Shown piece by piece: positions 1 through 6,364 of a stretch of DNA of 32,000 nucleotides. The position numbers and the translations under genes are program-made. The DNA comes from Candidatus Electronema aureum (GTDB lineage Bacteria; Desulfobacterota; Desulfobulbia; Desulfobulbales; Desulfobulbaceae). The number at the start of each line of letters is the position of its first letter. Position 1 is the first letter of the stretch. The stretch covers positions 199,367 to 231,366 of the forward strand of contig NQJD01000001.1 of assembly GCA_004284765.1 (NCBI GenBank), read 5' to 3'. The notes under the pieces were generated by a model. The model saw only the letters and a program-made list of their open reading frames with translations. It was not told the origin of the DNA and did not search any database.

Positions 1-350
1 GCAATAGCGGCATCGATCTGGATTCCTCCAGTTTTTCCCTTCTGATCGTCTTGCGACTGGGCGGCGGTCAGGCCAAGCGTATTCTGTAGTTGAAAGCGTA
101 AATTCTGCTGCATCGCTGCTGCATCGCCGGGTAATGCTTGCTGCGTTTCATTTACGGTTGCTGTTTCGCCCTGAACAGAAGTCTGCAACTGATCATTCGC
201 CGGAGGACTGTTTGCAGTGGAATCCTGTAGCGTTTCCTGCTCTCCGGCACCCAGCCCATCGTCTTGCTGCTGCGCTGCTGCTGAACCGGCCAGCAGTAAA
301 CAGCAAACAGCACTGAGAGCGAATTGGGCTACCGATAATTTTTTCCTCAT
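1..350 (-). CDS. secreted hypothetical protein, N-terminal part only (gene runs off the window start)
   Basis: My own translation of the minus strand. ATG at 350-348, with a GGGAGA RBS (complement of 357-362). The product begins MRKKLSVAQFALSAVCCLLLAGSAAAQQQDDGLGAGEQETLQD..., a K-rich n-region plus hydrophobic core plus AAA/Q cleavage-like site. The frame stays open to position 1. It is missing from the ORF track because the window edge truncates it. It starts 15 nt after the stop of the 365-1018 gene on the same strand. Confidence 0.5.
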   Translation of the reverse strand, partial: MRKKLSVAQFALSAVCCLLLAGSAAAQQQDDGLGAGEQETLQDSTANSPPANDQLQTSVQGETATVNETQQALPGDAAAMQQNLRFQLQNTLGLTAAQSQDDQKGKTGGIQIDAAI

Positions 351-364
351 GCTTTTTCTCCCTT

Positions 365-1018
365 TCAGAAGCGCGGGTTTTGCTGCGCAGGCGCGGTAGG
401 CAAAGGAACTGCCGAGGGTTGTATTTGATTCTGCATTTGTCCGGTCATTTGCTGCATCATCTGTGCCTGCATTTTCTGCTGAACAGCAGTCATGTCAGGC
501 ATTCCCTGTGGCATCTGCCCACCCGTCTGCTGGGCTGCACCCTGCATTTGGTTAGCTGGGGAAGCGGCTTGCATTTGTCCGGTCATCTGCTGCATCATCT
601 GCGCCTGCATTTTCTGCTGAATGGCAGTCATGTCAGGCATTCCTTGTGGCATTTGCCCGCCTGCTTGCTGGGCTGCACCCTGCATTTGATTAGCTGGAGA
701 AGCCGCTTGCATTTGTCCGGTCATCTGCTGCATCATCTGCGCCTGCATTTTTTGCTGAATGGCAGTCACGTCAGGCATTCCCTGTGGCATTTGCCCGCCT
801 GCCTGCTGGGCAGCACCCTGCATTTGATTAGCTGGAGAAGCTGCTTGCATTTGTCCGGTCATCTGCTGCATCATTTGCGCCTGCATTTTTTGCTGAATGG
901 CAGTCATGTCAGGCATTCCTTGGCTCGACTGCTGGGCATCTGCGGAGCCAACCAGCAAAAGGCAGCACGCTGTTGCTACCCCTATCGTCAATTTGCCTGC
1001 GGACTGTTTTCTGTTCAT
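365..1018 (-). CDS. secreted Met/Gln-rich tandem-repeat protein (217 aa), function unknown
   Basis: I prefer the internal ATG at 1018: a GGGAGA-type RBS lies just upstream (complement of ~1025-1031), and the track ORF extension to 1084 has no signal peptide. The product starts MNRKQSAGKLTIGVATACCLLLVGSADA, a Sec signal peptide. It continues with about 3.5 copies of the 46-aa unit GMPDMTAIQQKMQAQMMQQMTGQMQAASPANQMQGAAQQAGGQMPQ. By hand count each unit has 9 Met and 14 Gln, and no His or Cys. Confidence 0.7.
   Translation of the reverse strand: MNRKQSAGKLTIGVATACCLLLVGSADAQQSSQGMPDMTAIQQKMQAQMMQQMTGQMQAASPANQMQGAAQQAGGQMPQGMPDVTAIQQKMQAQMMQQMTGQMQAASPANQMQGAAQQAGGQMPQGMPDMTAIQQKMQAQMMQQMTGQMQAASPANQMQGAAQQTGGQMPQGMPDMTAVQQKMQAQMMQQMTGQMQNQIQPSAVPLPTAPAQQNPRF
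431..919 (-). repeat. tandem 138-nt (46-codon) coding repeat, about 3.5 copies
   Basis: The motif gcatttgtccggtcat recurs at about 434, 571 and 709, and again about 138 nt further on. The copies are near-identical at nucleotide level. Confidence 0.9.
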
Positions 1019-1295
1019 GCTTAATTCTCCCTTTTTTTCATCAATGAGCTGCCGCGCCGCCCCCCGGCCCAGCAATGCGTTCATTTTGTTATATCGTAAA
1101 GGTTACCTGCCCGCAATTCTCTTTGTCAATTGGTTTTTCCCGGTCGTGAAGTTGTGGAAAAAGTAATTGGCATTTTCAGGTGCGCCAAGCAGAATTCAAA
1201 CCAAAATTCTACGGCACAGAAAACCGTCTTTTTCTCTCTTGCCTCTCTTTTTTGTTGTTACAAAATAGGCTAATGTTACAGTGCAGTTACTCCTC

Positions 1296-1323
1296 TTGAC
1301 TTTTTTGAATATGCTTGTATAGT
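1296..1323 (+). promoter_or_regulatory. putative sigma70 promoter of the integrase gene
   Basis: TTGACT (1296-1301), a 16-nt spacer, then TATAGT (1318-1323). This lies about 55 nt upstream of the ATG at 1381, which has a GGAGA RBS. Sequence pattern only. Confidence 0.45.
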
Positions 1324-1380
1324 TCCACAAAAAATGTGGGGAAGATTATGGGGAATAAAAAATACTGCGGAGAACGAACT

Positions 1381-2520
1381 ATGGCAAGTATGAAACGGTT
1401 TAAGACCAAATATGCCGGAGTGTTTTATATCGAAGGGACGGCAGCTAACGGAAAAAAGCCTGAAAGAATCTATTACATCCGCTACAGAAAGGATGGAAAA
1501 CTTGTGGAGGAAAAAGCAGGCCGTCAGCATCAGGACGACATGACCGCTGCCAAAGCTTCCGGTCTTCGCTCCGACAAAATAGAAGGCAGGCAACAAAGCA
1601 ATCGAGAACGACGTAGAGCGGCGGAAGAGGTTAGCTCGCGATGGACAATAGGCCAGTTATGGGAAATATATCGCGCCAAATTATTTAACAGCGGGGCAAC
1701 CAGAACCGATTCGGGTAGATATGAAAATCATCTCAAGCAGCTTTTCGGTGACAAAGAGCCGCATGAGCTTGCCAAGTTAGACATCGACCGGATACGGATC
1801 AGCCTGCTGAAAACCCATTCGCCACAGACCGTTAAGCATGTGCTGACCCTGCTGAAAAGAATTATCAACTACGGATGCGGCTTAGGGGTGATTGCCCCAC
1901 TTTCATTCAAGATAGAAATGCCACCCGTTGATAACATCAAGACCGAAGACCTTAGCCATGAGCAGCTACAACGCCTTTTCGAGGTGCTGGAGGCAAGTCG
2001 CCATGTTATGGCGGCAAATATGATGAAATTAGCCTTATACACGGGGATGCGGCGCGGTGAGCTGTTCAAGCTGGCATGGAATGACATAGATTTTGAGCGC
2101 GGCTTCATTCATATCCGGGAGCCGAAGGGGGGGAAGAGCCAGAAAATTCCGCTGAATAGCAGTGCGAGGAAGTTACTGCAATCCATCCCTAAGCAGGGCA
2201 GCGAATATATTTTTTCGGCCAGAAATGGCGGGCCGTGCAAGGATATTGCCAAGGAGGTGCGGGCCATCAAAGAGGCTGCCGGGCTACCTGAAGATTTCCG
2301 CCCGCTGCACGGGCTGAGGCATGTCTATGCCACCATGCTTGCCAACAGCGGTAAAGTTGATATGTTTACCCTGCAAAAGTTGATGACTCATAAAAGCCCT
2401 CAGATGACGCAGCGTTACGCCCATTACCGCGATGAGGCGATGCAGCGGGCTGCAAACGAGGTTAGCGGGATATTGGAGGATGCGCTTTCAGTGCGGAGTG
2501 ACGATAAGGGCGCTAACTAG
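1381..2520 (+). CDS. tyrosine recombinase / phage-type integrase (379 aa)
   Basis: The C-terminal catalytic-domain motifs are present: GMRRGELFKLAWNDID (Arg), HGLRHVYATMLANSG (H-x-x-R) and THKSPQMTQRYAHY (catalytic Tyr context). I chose the ATG at 1381 (MASMKRFKTKYAGVFY...) because the track start at 1315 falls inside the predicted promoter. Confidence 0.9.
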   Translation: MASMKRFKTKYAGVFYIEGTAANGKKPERIYYIRYRKDGKLVEEKAGRQHQDDMTAAKASGLRSDKIEGRQQSNRERRRAAEEVSSRWTIGQLWEIYRAKLFNSGATRTDSGRYENHLKQLFGDKEPHELAKLDIDRIRISLLKTHSPQTVKHVLTLLKRIINYGCGLGVIAPLSFKIEMPPVDNIKTEDLSHEQLQRLFEVLEASRHVMAANMMKLALYTGMRRGELFKLAWNDIDFERGFIHIREPKGGKSQKIPLNSSARKLLQSIPKQGSEYIFSARNGGPCKDIAKEVRAIKEAAGLPEDFRPLHGLRHVYATMLANSGKVDMFTLQKLMTHKSPQMTQRYAHYRDEAMQRAANEVSGILEDALSVRSDDKGAN

Positions 2521-2567
2521 CATATAGGCAACAACAAAGCTTGCACTCTTCCTCAAATAATGAGCTT

Positions 2568-2861
2568 TTAACGGAGCGCATTGATTCTATGTTGCCAGTT
2601 GCAGATGCTGCGCTGCGGGCCGCGCCAGATGCGGCGGTCACGGAAAGCCGGGTTGAGGTCGCGGAGGATGATCCGCTGGCAGCGGCGCAGAGCCGCATCT
2701 TGCAGCAGCTCTTTTTCCGCATCGGTGAGCGTCAGACGCGGGCCGTCCGAGTCGCGGCAGAGCTGCCAGAGGGCGGCATGATAGGCCACCTCCGGCAGCT
2801 CGCCGGAATCCGCCAGCAGAAAAACTTCGTCTTCAATCAGGCGGGCGCGTTCATCAGCCAT
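2568..2861 (-). CDS. hypothetical small acidic protein (97 aa)
   Basis: This ORF lies directly downstream of the 2881-3327 ORF on the same strand. Its composition is balanced (MADERARLIEDEVFLLADSGELPEVAYHAALWQL...), unlike the overlapping + strand ORF, which is A/R/L-rich and TTG-initiated. I recognise no family and see no strong RBS. Confidence 0.35.
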   Translation of the reverse strand: MADERARLIEDEVFLLADSGELPEVAYHAALWQLCRDSDGPRLTLTDAEKELLQDAALRRCQRIILRDLNPAFRDRRIWRGPQRSICNWQHRINALR

Positions 2862-2880
2862 GATGCATTAACAAACTATG

Positions 2881-3327
2881 TTATCTGAATCCCCTTAACC
2901 GTGTGAAAGATAACATCACCTCAATATCGTTAATCAATTGGTTGTCAGGGCTATTTTCAGCATCAGCTGTGTTTCGCAGTTGAACTTCCACTGCGTGTTT
3001 AAATGATGTTCCAAAGTTAATGCTCAATGCGTGTTCACAGTAACTCTCTACAGCTTTTTTGAATTTGACCCTATGGTTATTTGCAAGTACAGCCGCAAAT
3101 TTTTCTGCCGCTGTTTTCACCGTATTGATAGAATTCTTTATCTTGACATACTGGCCACCAACATCACTCCAAGCTGTATCCTTTGGATACACTCCCTGTA
3201 ACTCATGAAGAATAGTTTCCCTAAAGGCATCAGCGGATTCTACCCTTCTTTTCCATCTATGGACGGCAAAACCAAAAAGGATGACGAGCAGACAGCAAAT
3301 CAACGTGACAGCGTAACTTATTTCCAT
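2881..3327 (-). CDS. membrane-anchored hypothetical protein (148 aa)
   Basis: ATG at 3327. The N-terminal hydrophobic helix is ISYAVTLICCLLVILFGFAV, followed by HRWKRR. GC content is visibly lower than in the flanks. I recognise no family. Confidence 0.45.
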   Translation of the reverse strand: MEISYAVTLICCLLVILFGFAVHRWKRRVESADAFRETILHELQGVYPKDTAWSDVGGQYVKIKNSINTVKTAAEKFAAVLANNHRVKFKKAVESYCEHALSINFGTSFKHAVEVQLRNTADAENSPDNQLINDIEVMLSFTRLRGFR

Positions 3328-3413
3328 TTTTTTAAAAACTTCCGAGATAATCAATGCAGATCAAGGCGATTCTTCCGGGACAAGAAGACGTGGCCTGTCC
3401 CGAAAGAAAAAAA

Positions 3414-4169
3414 TCAATCCGCTTCTGAGCAGCAGGATGGAGAAGATTGTTCCGCAGGCTCTTTCAACGCCGCCGCAACAGTCGCCAGCTCAATCAGCAC
3501 GCCTAGCCCTTCCTGAACTTCCTTGCGTTTCAGGGCAGACATCATGCCGAAAATGCCGGTGACGGGTTTCGCATTGTTCAGGTCAATCGCCTTCATCTTC
3601 ACGCTGACCCGCTCGCCAATTGCCAGCATCCGTTCAAAGTCATCAAACAGGCCGCGATGCTTGAGGCTGTCTAAACGTTCAATGATGTCGTTGAAAACCG
3701 GGCCGCTCAGGTGCGCGGCATCTCGTCGCATATCCATCATGGAACTGAGCATCTTCATCAGCTCGGCCATATTGCCCATGTTGACGATGAACTGCCCGAT
3801 CAGCTCGCGGAGGTTCTCGCCCTCAAAGCCGTGCAGGGCGGTCTGGAGCTGGAGCGTCAGCTCATGGAACATGTCCTTGGCGTAGGGTGCGGCATCGCGC
3901 TTGAACTCCATGATGCTGTCCAGTGTCTTGACAGCGTCAGCGATGTTTCTGCTCGATGCCAGCGACTGGCCGATCATGTCGCCGACCTCCTCCAAATCCA
4001 CGCGCTTGTCCAAGCCGCTCAAGCGCGCCGTGGCCTCCCGGACGATGGAGTGAATCAGCGGCTCCAGCTCCTGCTTCAGCTCCGCATAGGGCCTGACCGC
4101 CCGTTTGGCTTCCCGCACTTCCTCGGTGAGTTCATCGAGGCGGGCGAGAATCTTTTCCTCATTGGTCAT
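3414..4169 (-). CDS. DUF1641-like protein, partner of the SQR-like flavoprotein
   Basis: The C-terminal segment GIFGMMSALKRKEVQEGLGVLIELATVAAAL matches my memory of the DUF1641 signature. An AAGGGGG RBS is present, and the start lies 11 nt after the stop of the upstream oxidoreductase. DUF1641 next to this oxidoreductase family is a commonly seen pairing. Confidence 0.75.
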   Translation of the reverse strand: MTNEEKILARLDELTEEVREAKRAVRPYAELKQELEPLIHSIVREATARLSGLDKRVDLEEVGDMIGQSLASSRNIADAVKTLDSIMEFKRDAAPYAKDMFHELTLQLQTALHGFEGENLRELIGQFIVNMGNMAELMKMLSSMMDMRRDAAHLSGPVFNDIIERLDSLKHRGLFDDFERMLAIGERVSVKMKAIDLNNAKPVTGIFGMMSALKRKEVQEGLGVLIELATVAAALKEPAEQSSPSCCSEAD

Positions 4170-4180
4170 GACACGCCCCC

Positions 4181-5410
4181 TTAGTCCTGAACCTTGCCCG
4201 CCAGAGACATCTGCGCCTCAAGCGGCAGCTCCTCGCCCGTCAGCAGTTTGTTCCAATACACCCATTTGAACATCATCTTGCCCCAGTGGTTGGTCTTGGA
4301 TTCGCCGAGCAGAGAGAACGGCCCAAGACCAGGCAGCGGGAACTTGCCCGGTAGCGGCTCGTACTTGTAGTTGAAGTCAATCAGGGATGCCTTGCCGAAG
4401 CCGGTCTCGATGAAGCAGTTGGAATGGCCGTCGTAATCAGGACGGATCGGCTCGCCGTTGATCTCGCGCAGGAAGTTCTCCACCATGATTTCGGCGGAGA
4501 AATGGGCGACCGAACCGGCCTTGGAGGTGGGGATGGTCGTGTTGTCGCCGAGTACGTACATGTTCTCGTGATGCTCTGCCTTCAGGGTGTGGTTGTTCGT
4601 CTTGACATACCCGACTTCATCCATCGAAACCTTGGAGTTGACCAAGTAGCGCGCGCCGACGTTGGGCGGAATGGACACCAGCAGATCCCACTCGATTTCA
4701 TCCCCGGCTGCGGAAATCAGCTTGTTGTTGGCGCAGTCAACTTCGGCGAGAATGAACTCGGCGGTGACCCGGATGTTCTTCTCCTTCATCACCTTGGTGA
4801 AGTAGGCGGAGGCCTTGGGCTTGGTGAAGGCACCAGTCATCGGGGTGACAAAGTGAATATCTATCTTGTCACGCACGCCGCGCTCGGTGAAGTACCAGTC
4901 GGCAAGGTAAACGAATTCCAGCGGCGCAACCGGGCATTTGTAGGGAAATTCGGCAATATTGAGCACCATCTTGCCGCTGTTGAAGGTGCGCAGCCGCTTC
5001 TCCAGATTCACTGCCCCTGCCAAGGTGTAGAAATCAAATATCTTGGTCTGCCAGCCGTCCATCATGCCGGGAATTTCCTGCGGCGCGAGGCTCACGCCGG
5101 TGCAGACAATGATCTTGTCATATTCATATTTGCCCGCTGTGGTTTCCACGGTCTGCGTCGCAGTGTCAACGCCGACAATCTCATCCACAACAAAGTTGAT
5201 TCCTTTGCCGATGAACTCGCTGCGCGGGCGGACAAGCTCCTCCGCCTTGTACATGCCAAAGGGGACAAAAATCAGGCCGGGTTGATACACATGCCGGTCG
5301 TCTTTGTCAATGATTGTGATCGACCACTCGTTGCGGTCCAGCCGCTTGCGCAGTTTGTTGGCAACCATCGTCCCTGCGCAACCTGCGCCAAGAATCACTA
5401 ACTTTTTCAT
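4181..5410 (-). CDS. NAD(P)/FAD-dependent oxidoreductase, sulfide:quinone oxidoreductase-like family (409 aa)
   Basis: The N-terminus carries a Rossmann dinucleotide motif, MKKLVILGAGCAGT. FPYKCPVAPLEF and YVLGDN motifs typical of SQR/FCSD-type flavoproteins are present. I chose the ATG at 5410, which has a GGAGAAAGG RBS; the track start at 5476 adds 22 unlikely residues. Confidence 0.85.
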   Translation of the reverse strand: MKKLVILGAGCAGTMVANKLRKRLDRNEWSITIIDKDDRHVYQPGLIFVPFGMYKAEELVRPRSEFIGKGINFVVDEIVGVDTATQTVETTAGKYEYDKIIVCTGVSLAPQEIPGMMDGWQTKIFDFYTLAGAVNLEKRLRTFNSGKMVLNIAEFPYKCPVAPLEFVYLADWYFTERGVRDKIDIHFVTPMTGAFTKPKASAYFTKVMKEKNIRVTAEFILAEVDCANNKLISAAGDEIEWDLLVSIPPNVGARYLVNSKVSMDEVGYVKTNNHTLKAEHHENMYVLGDNTTIPTSKAGSVAHFSAEIMVENFLREINGEPIRPDYDGHSNCFIETGFGKASLIDFNYKYEPLPGKFPLPGLGPFSLLGESKTNHWGKMMFKWVYWNKLLTGEELPLEAQMSLAGKVQD

Positions 5411-5491
5411 CTTGCCTTTCTCCGTTGAACATTCTGTAGAGCTGACCAATATAATTGCGCCTTTCACGCACGACATCTCACCTAAAGCTAT

Positions 5492-5521
5492 CGTATATCA
5501 CAAAGCAGCTTGCCCCGTCAA
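5492..5521 (-). promoter_or_regulatory. putative sigma70 promoter for the SQR-like/DUF1641 operon
   Basis: On the minus strand: TTGACG (complement of 5516-5521), an 18-nt spacer, then TATACG (complement of 5492-5497), preceded by a TGA (extended -10-like). Pattern only. Confidence 0.3.
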
Positions 5522-5632
5522 GGCTGATTTGCCACGGCGTGGCATTGTTCGCTGCGAAGCATCCTGAAGCCTGGAGATTACAACTTGTTTATTTTACTTA
5601 TTGTCTCAAGCTGAAGGCGTTTCAGTCTGCTG

Positions 5633-5668
5633 AAAAAACAAAAAGGCAGACCAACGCCTGCCTTTTTT
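5633..5668 (-). terminator. rho-independent (bidirectional) terminator
   Basis: The stem is GGCAG (5645-5649) / CTGCC (5658-5662) with an 8-nt loop. An A-run (5633-5644) and a T-run (5663-5668) flank it. Read on the minus strand, the hairpin is followed by TTTTTGTTTTTT. It lies about 20-25 nt after the stop of the clpB-like remnant. Confidence 0.6.
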
Positions 5669-5686
5669 CGAGAGAGATACAAACAG

Positions 5687-5764
5687 TCAGCCTTGCTTTC
5701 TGAAACCCAACCTCCCTTCCGGCAATTCCAAGGCCAGCGGGTCTTCGATCTGCTTGTCAATCCA
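5687..5764 (-). pseudogene. displaced 3'-end remnant of a clpB-like gene (25 codons plus stop)
   Basis: The minus-strand translation is [25 protein letters not shown]. The intact ClpB C-terminus in this window is [38 protein letters not shown]. At nucleotide level, 5726-5752 versus 13861-13887 match at 24 of 27 nt by hand alignment. The remnant begins immediately after the hicB stop codon. Confidence 0.75.
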
Positions 5765-5980
5765 TCACGCAAAAGCTAAACGGCGGCCTTTGGGAACGGG
5801 AATCGGCTCATTGCATTCTTCGGCAGTTTTGAGCCACAAGTTCATTGCCTCTTTAACATTTGCCAAAGCTGAGTCGTATGTGTCGCCGTGCGCCATGCAG
5901 CCAGGAAGCTCTGGGATATCGGCAATAAATGCCATGTCCTCATCGCTCCAGTAAATAATAACTTCATATTTAGCGATCAT
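5765..5980 (-). CDS. hicB: HicB-family antitoxin (71 aa)
   Basis: MIAKYEVIIYWSDEDMAFIADIPELPGCMAHGDTYDSALANVKEAMNLWL... is typical of the HicB/UPF0150 N-terminal fold. ATG at 5980 with a GGAGA RBS; the track start at 5992 is a TTG. The start overlaps the hicA stop. Confidence 0.85.
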   Translation of the reverse strand: MIAKYEVIIYWSDEDMAFIADIPELPGCMAHGDTYDSALANVKEAMNLWLKTAEECNEPIPVPKGRRLAFA

Positions 5981-6216
5981 TTTGTTCTCCAAGCCGGTAT
6001 TTCAGGATGAGATTACGAATTTGCCTGACCTGATACGGTTTCGCCTTGCTGCCGTCTTTCTGTAAATTCGGCTTTTCCTCGATGCCATCTTTCCGAAAAA
6101 TGTGGTGGCTGCCAAAGATGCGCAATTCAAAACCTAAGTAAAGCAGCAGGTTGACTAACTCTGAGAATGAAATGTTGGCATCGCTACTGGTTAAAGACCC
6201 TCAGAACAATTCTCAT
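5970..6216 (-). pseudogene. hicA: HicA-family toxin gene, apparently frameshifted near the 5' end
   Basis: The frame 6200-5970 encodes GSLTSSDANISFSELVNLLLYLGFELRIFGSHHIFRKDGIEEKPNLQKDGSKAKPYQVRQIRNLILKYRLGEQNDR*, which is HicA-like with a GSHH motif. This frame has no start codon after the in-frame TGA at 6203-6201. The only upstream ATG (6216) is in another frame and reads MRIVLRVFNQ*. From 6216 to 5970 is 247 nt, one more than a multiple of 3. Confidence 0.6.
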
Positions 6217-6240
6217 GGTACGCTGCTCCCGTCAGCCTGT

Positions 6241-6275
6241 CAAAACAAAATGGGGCAGACGCAAGGTCTGCCCAT
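6241..6275 (-). terminator. rho-independent terminator after the large surface-protein gene
   Basis: The stem is GGGCAGAC (6253-6260) / GTCTGCCC (6266-6273) with a 5-nt loop. On the minus strand it is followed by ATTTTGTTTTG (complement of 6241-6251). It lies about 90 nt downstream of the stop at 6365. Confidence 0.6.
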
Positions 6276-6364
6276 TTGGGCGTGGCGAGAAAAAATCGAC
6301 ACCAGTCAAGTCTGTTTCAGCATCGCCGCGCAGGAGTTAAAGACTGCGTGAGCAAACAGCGATT

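Noticed and set aside
380-1024. 214-aa His/Leu-rich repeat ORF on the + strand opposite the Met/Gln-rich gene
   Set aside because: It is TTG-initiated with no RBS or signal peptide. The minus-strand gene has an ATG, an RBS, a signal peptide and a co-oriented downstream secreted gene. The His-rich appearance is just the complement of the Met/Gln codons (CAT/CTG).
1315-1380. N-terminal extensions of track ORFs (1315, 5476, 5992, 10141, 12897, 16486, 1084, 3354, 31984)
   Set aside because: Most use TTG or lack an RBS. They add residues upstream of obvious signal peptides or family N-termini, or overlap predicted promoters or upstream genes. I preferred internal ATGs with RBSs.
2541-2888. 115-aa + strand ORF overlapping the 97-aa minus-strand ORF downstream of the integrase
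   Set aside because: It is TTG-initiated and A/R/L-rich, like antisense translation. The minus-strand ORF fits an operon with the 2881-3327 gene. Neither is strongly supported.
4424-5401. 325-aa ORF antisense to the SQR-like flavoprotein
   Set aside because: This is a shadow ORF. The minus-strand product has the Rossmann motif, an RBS and operon context.
5540-5555. TGGCATTGTTCGCTGC, a sigma54 -24/-12-like element
   Set aside because: The GG-to-GC spacing is off by one. It is on the + strand, where no gene follows.
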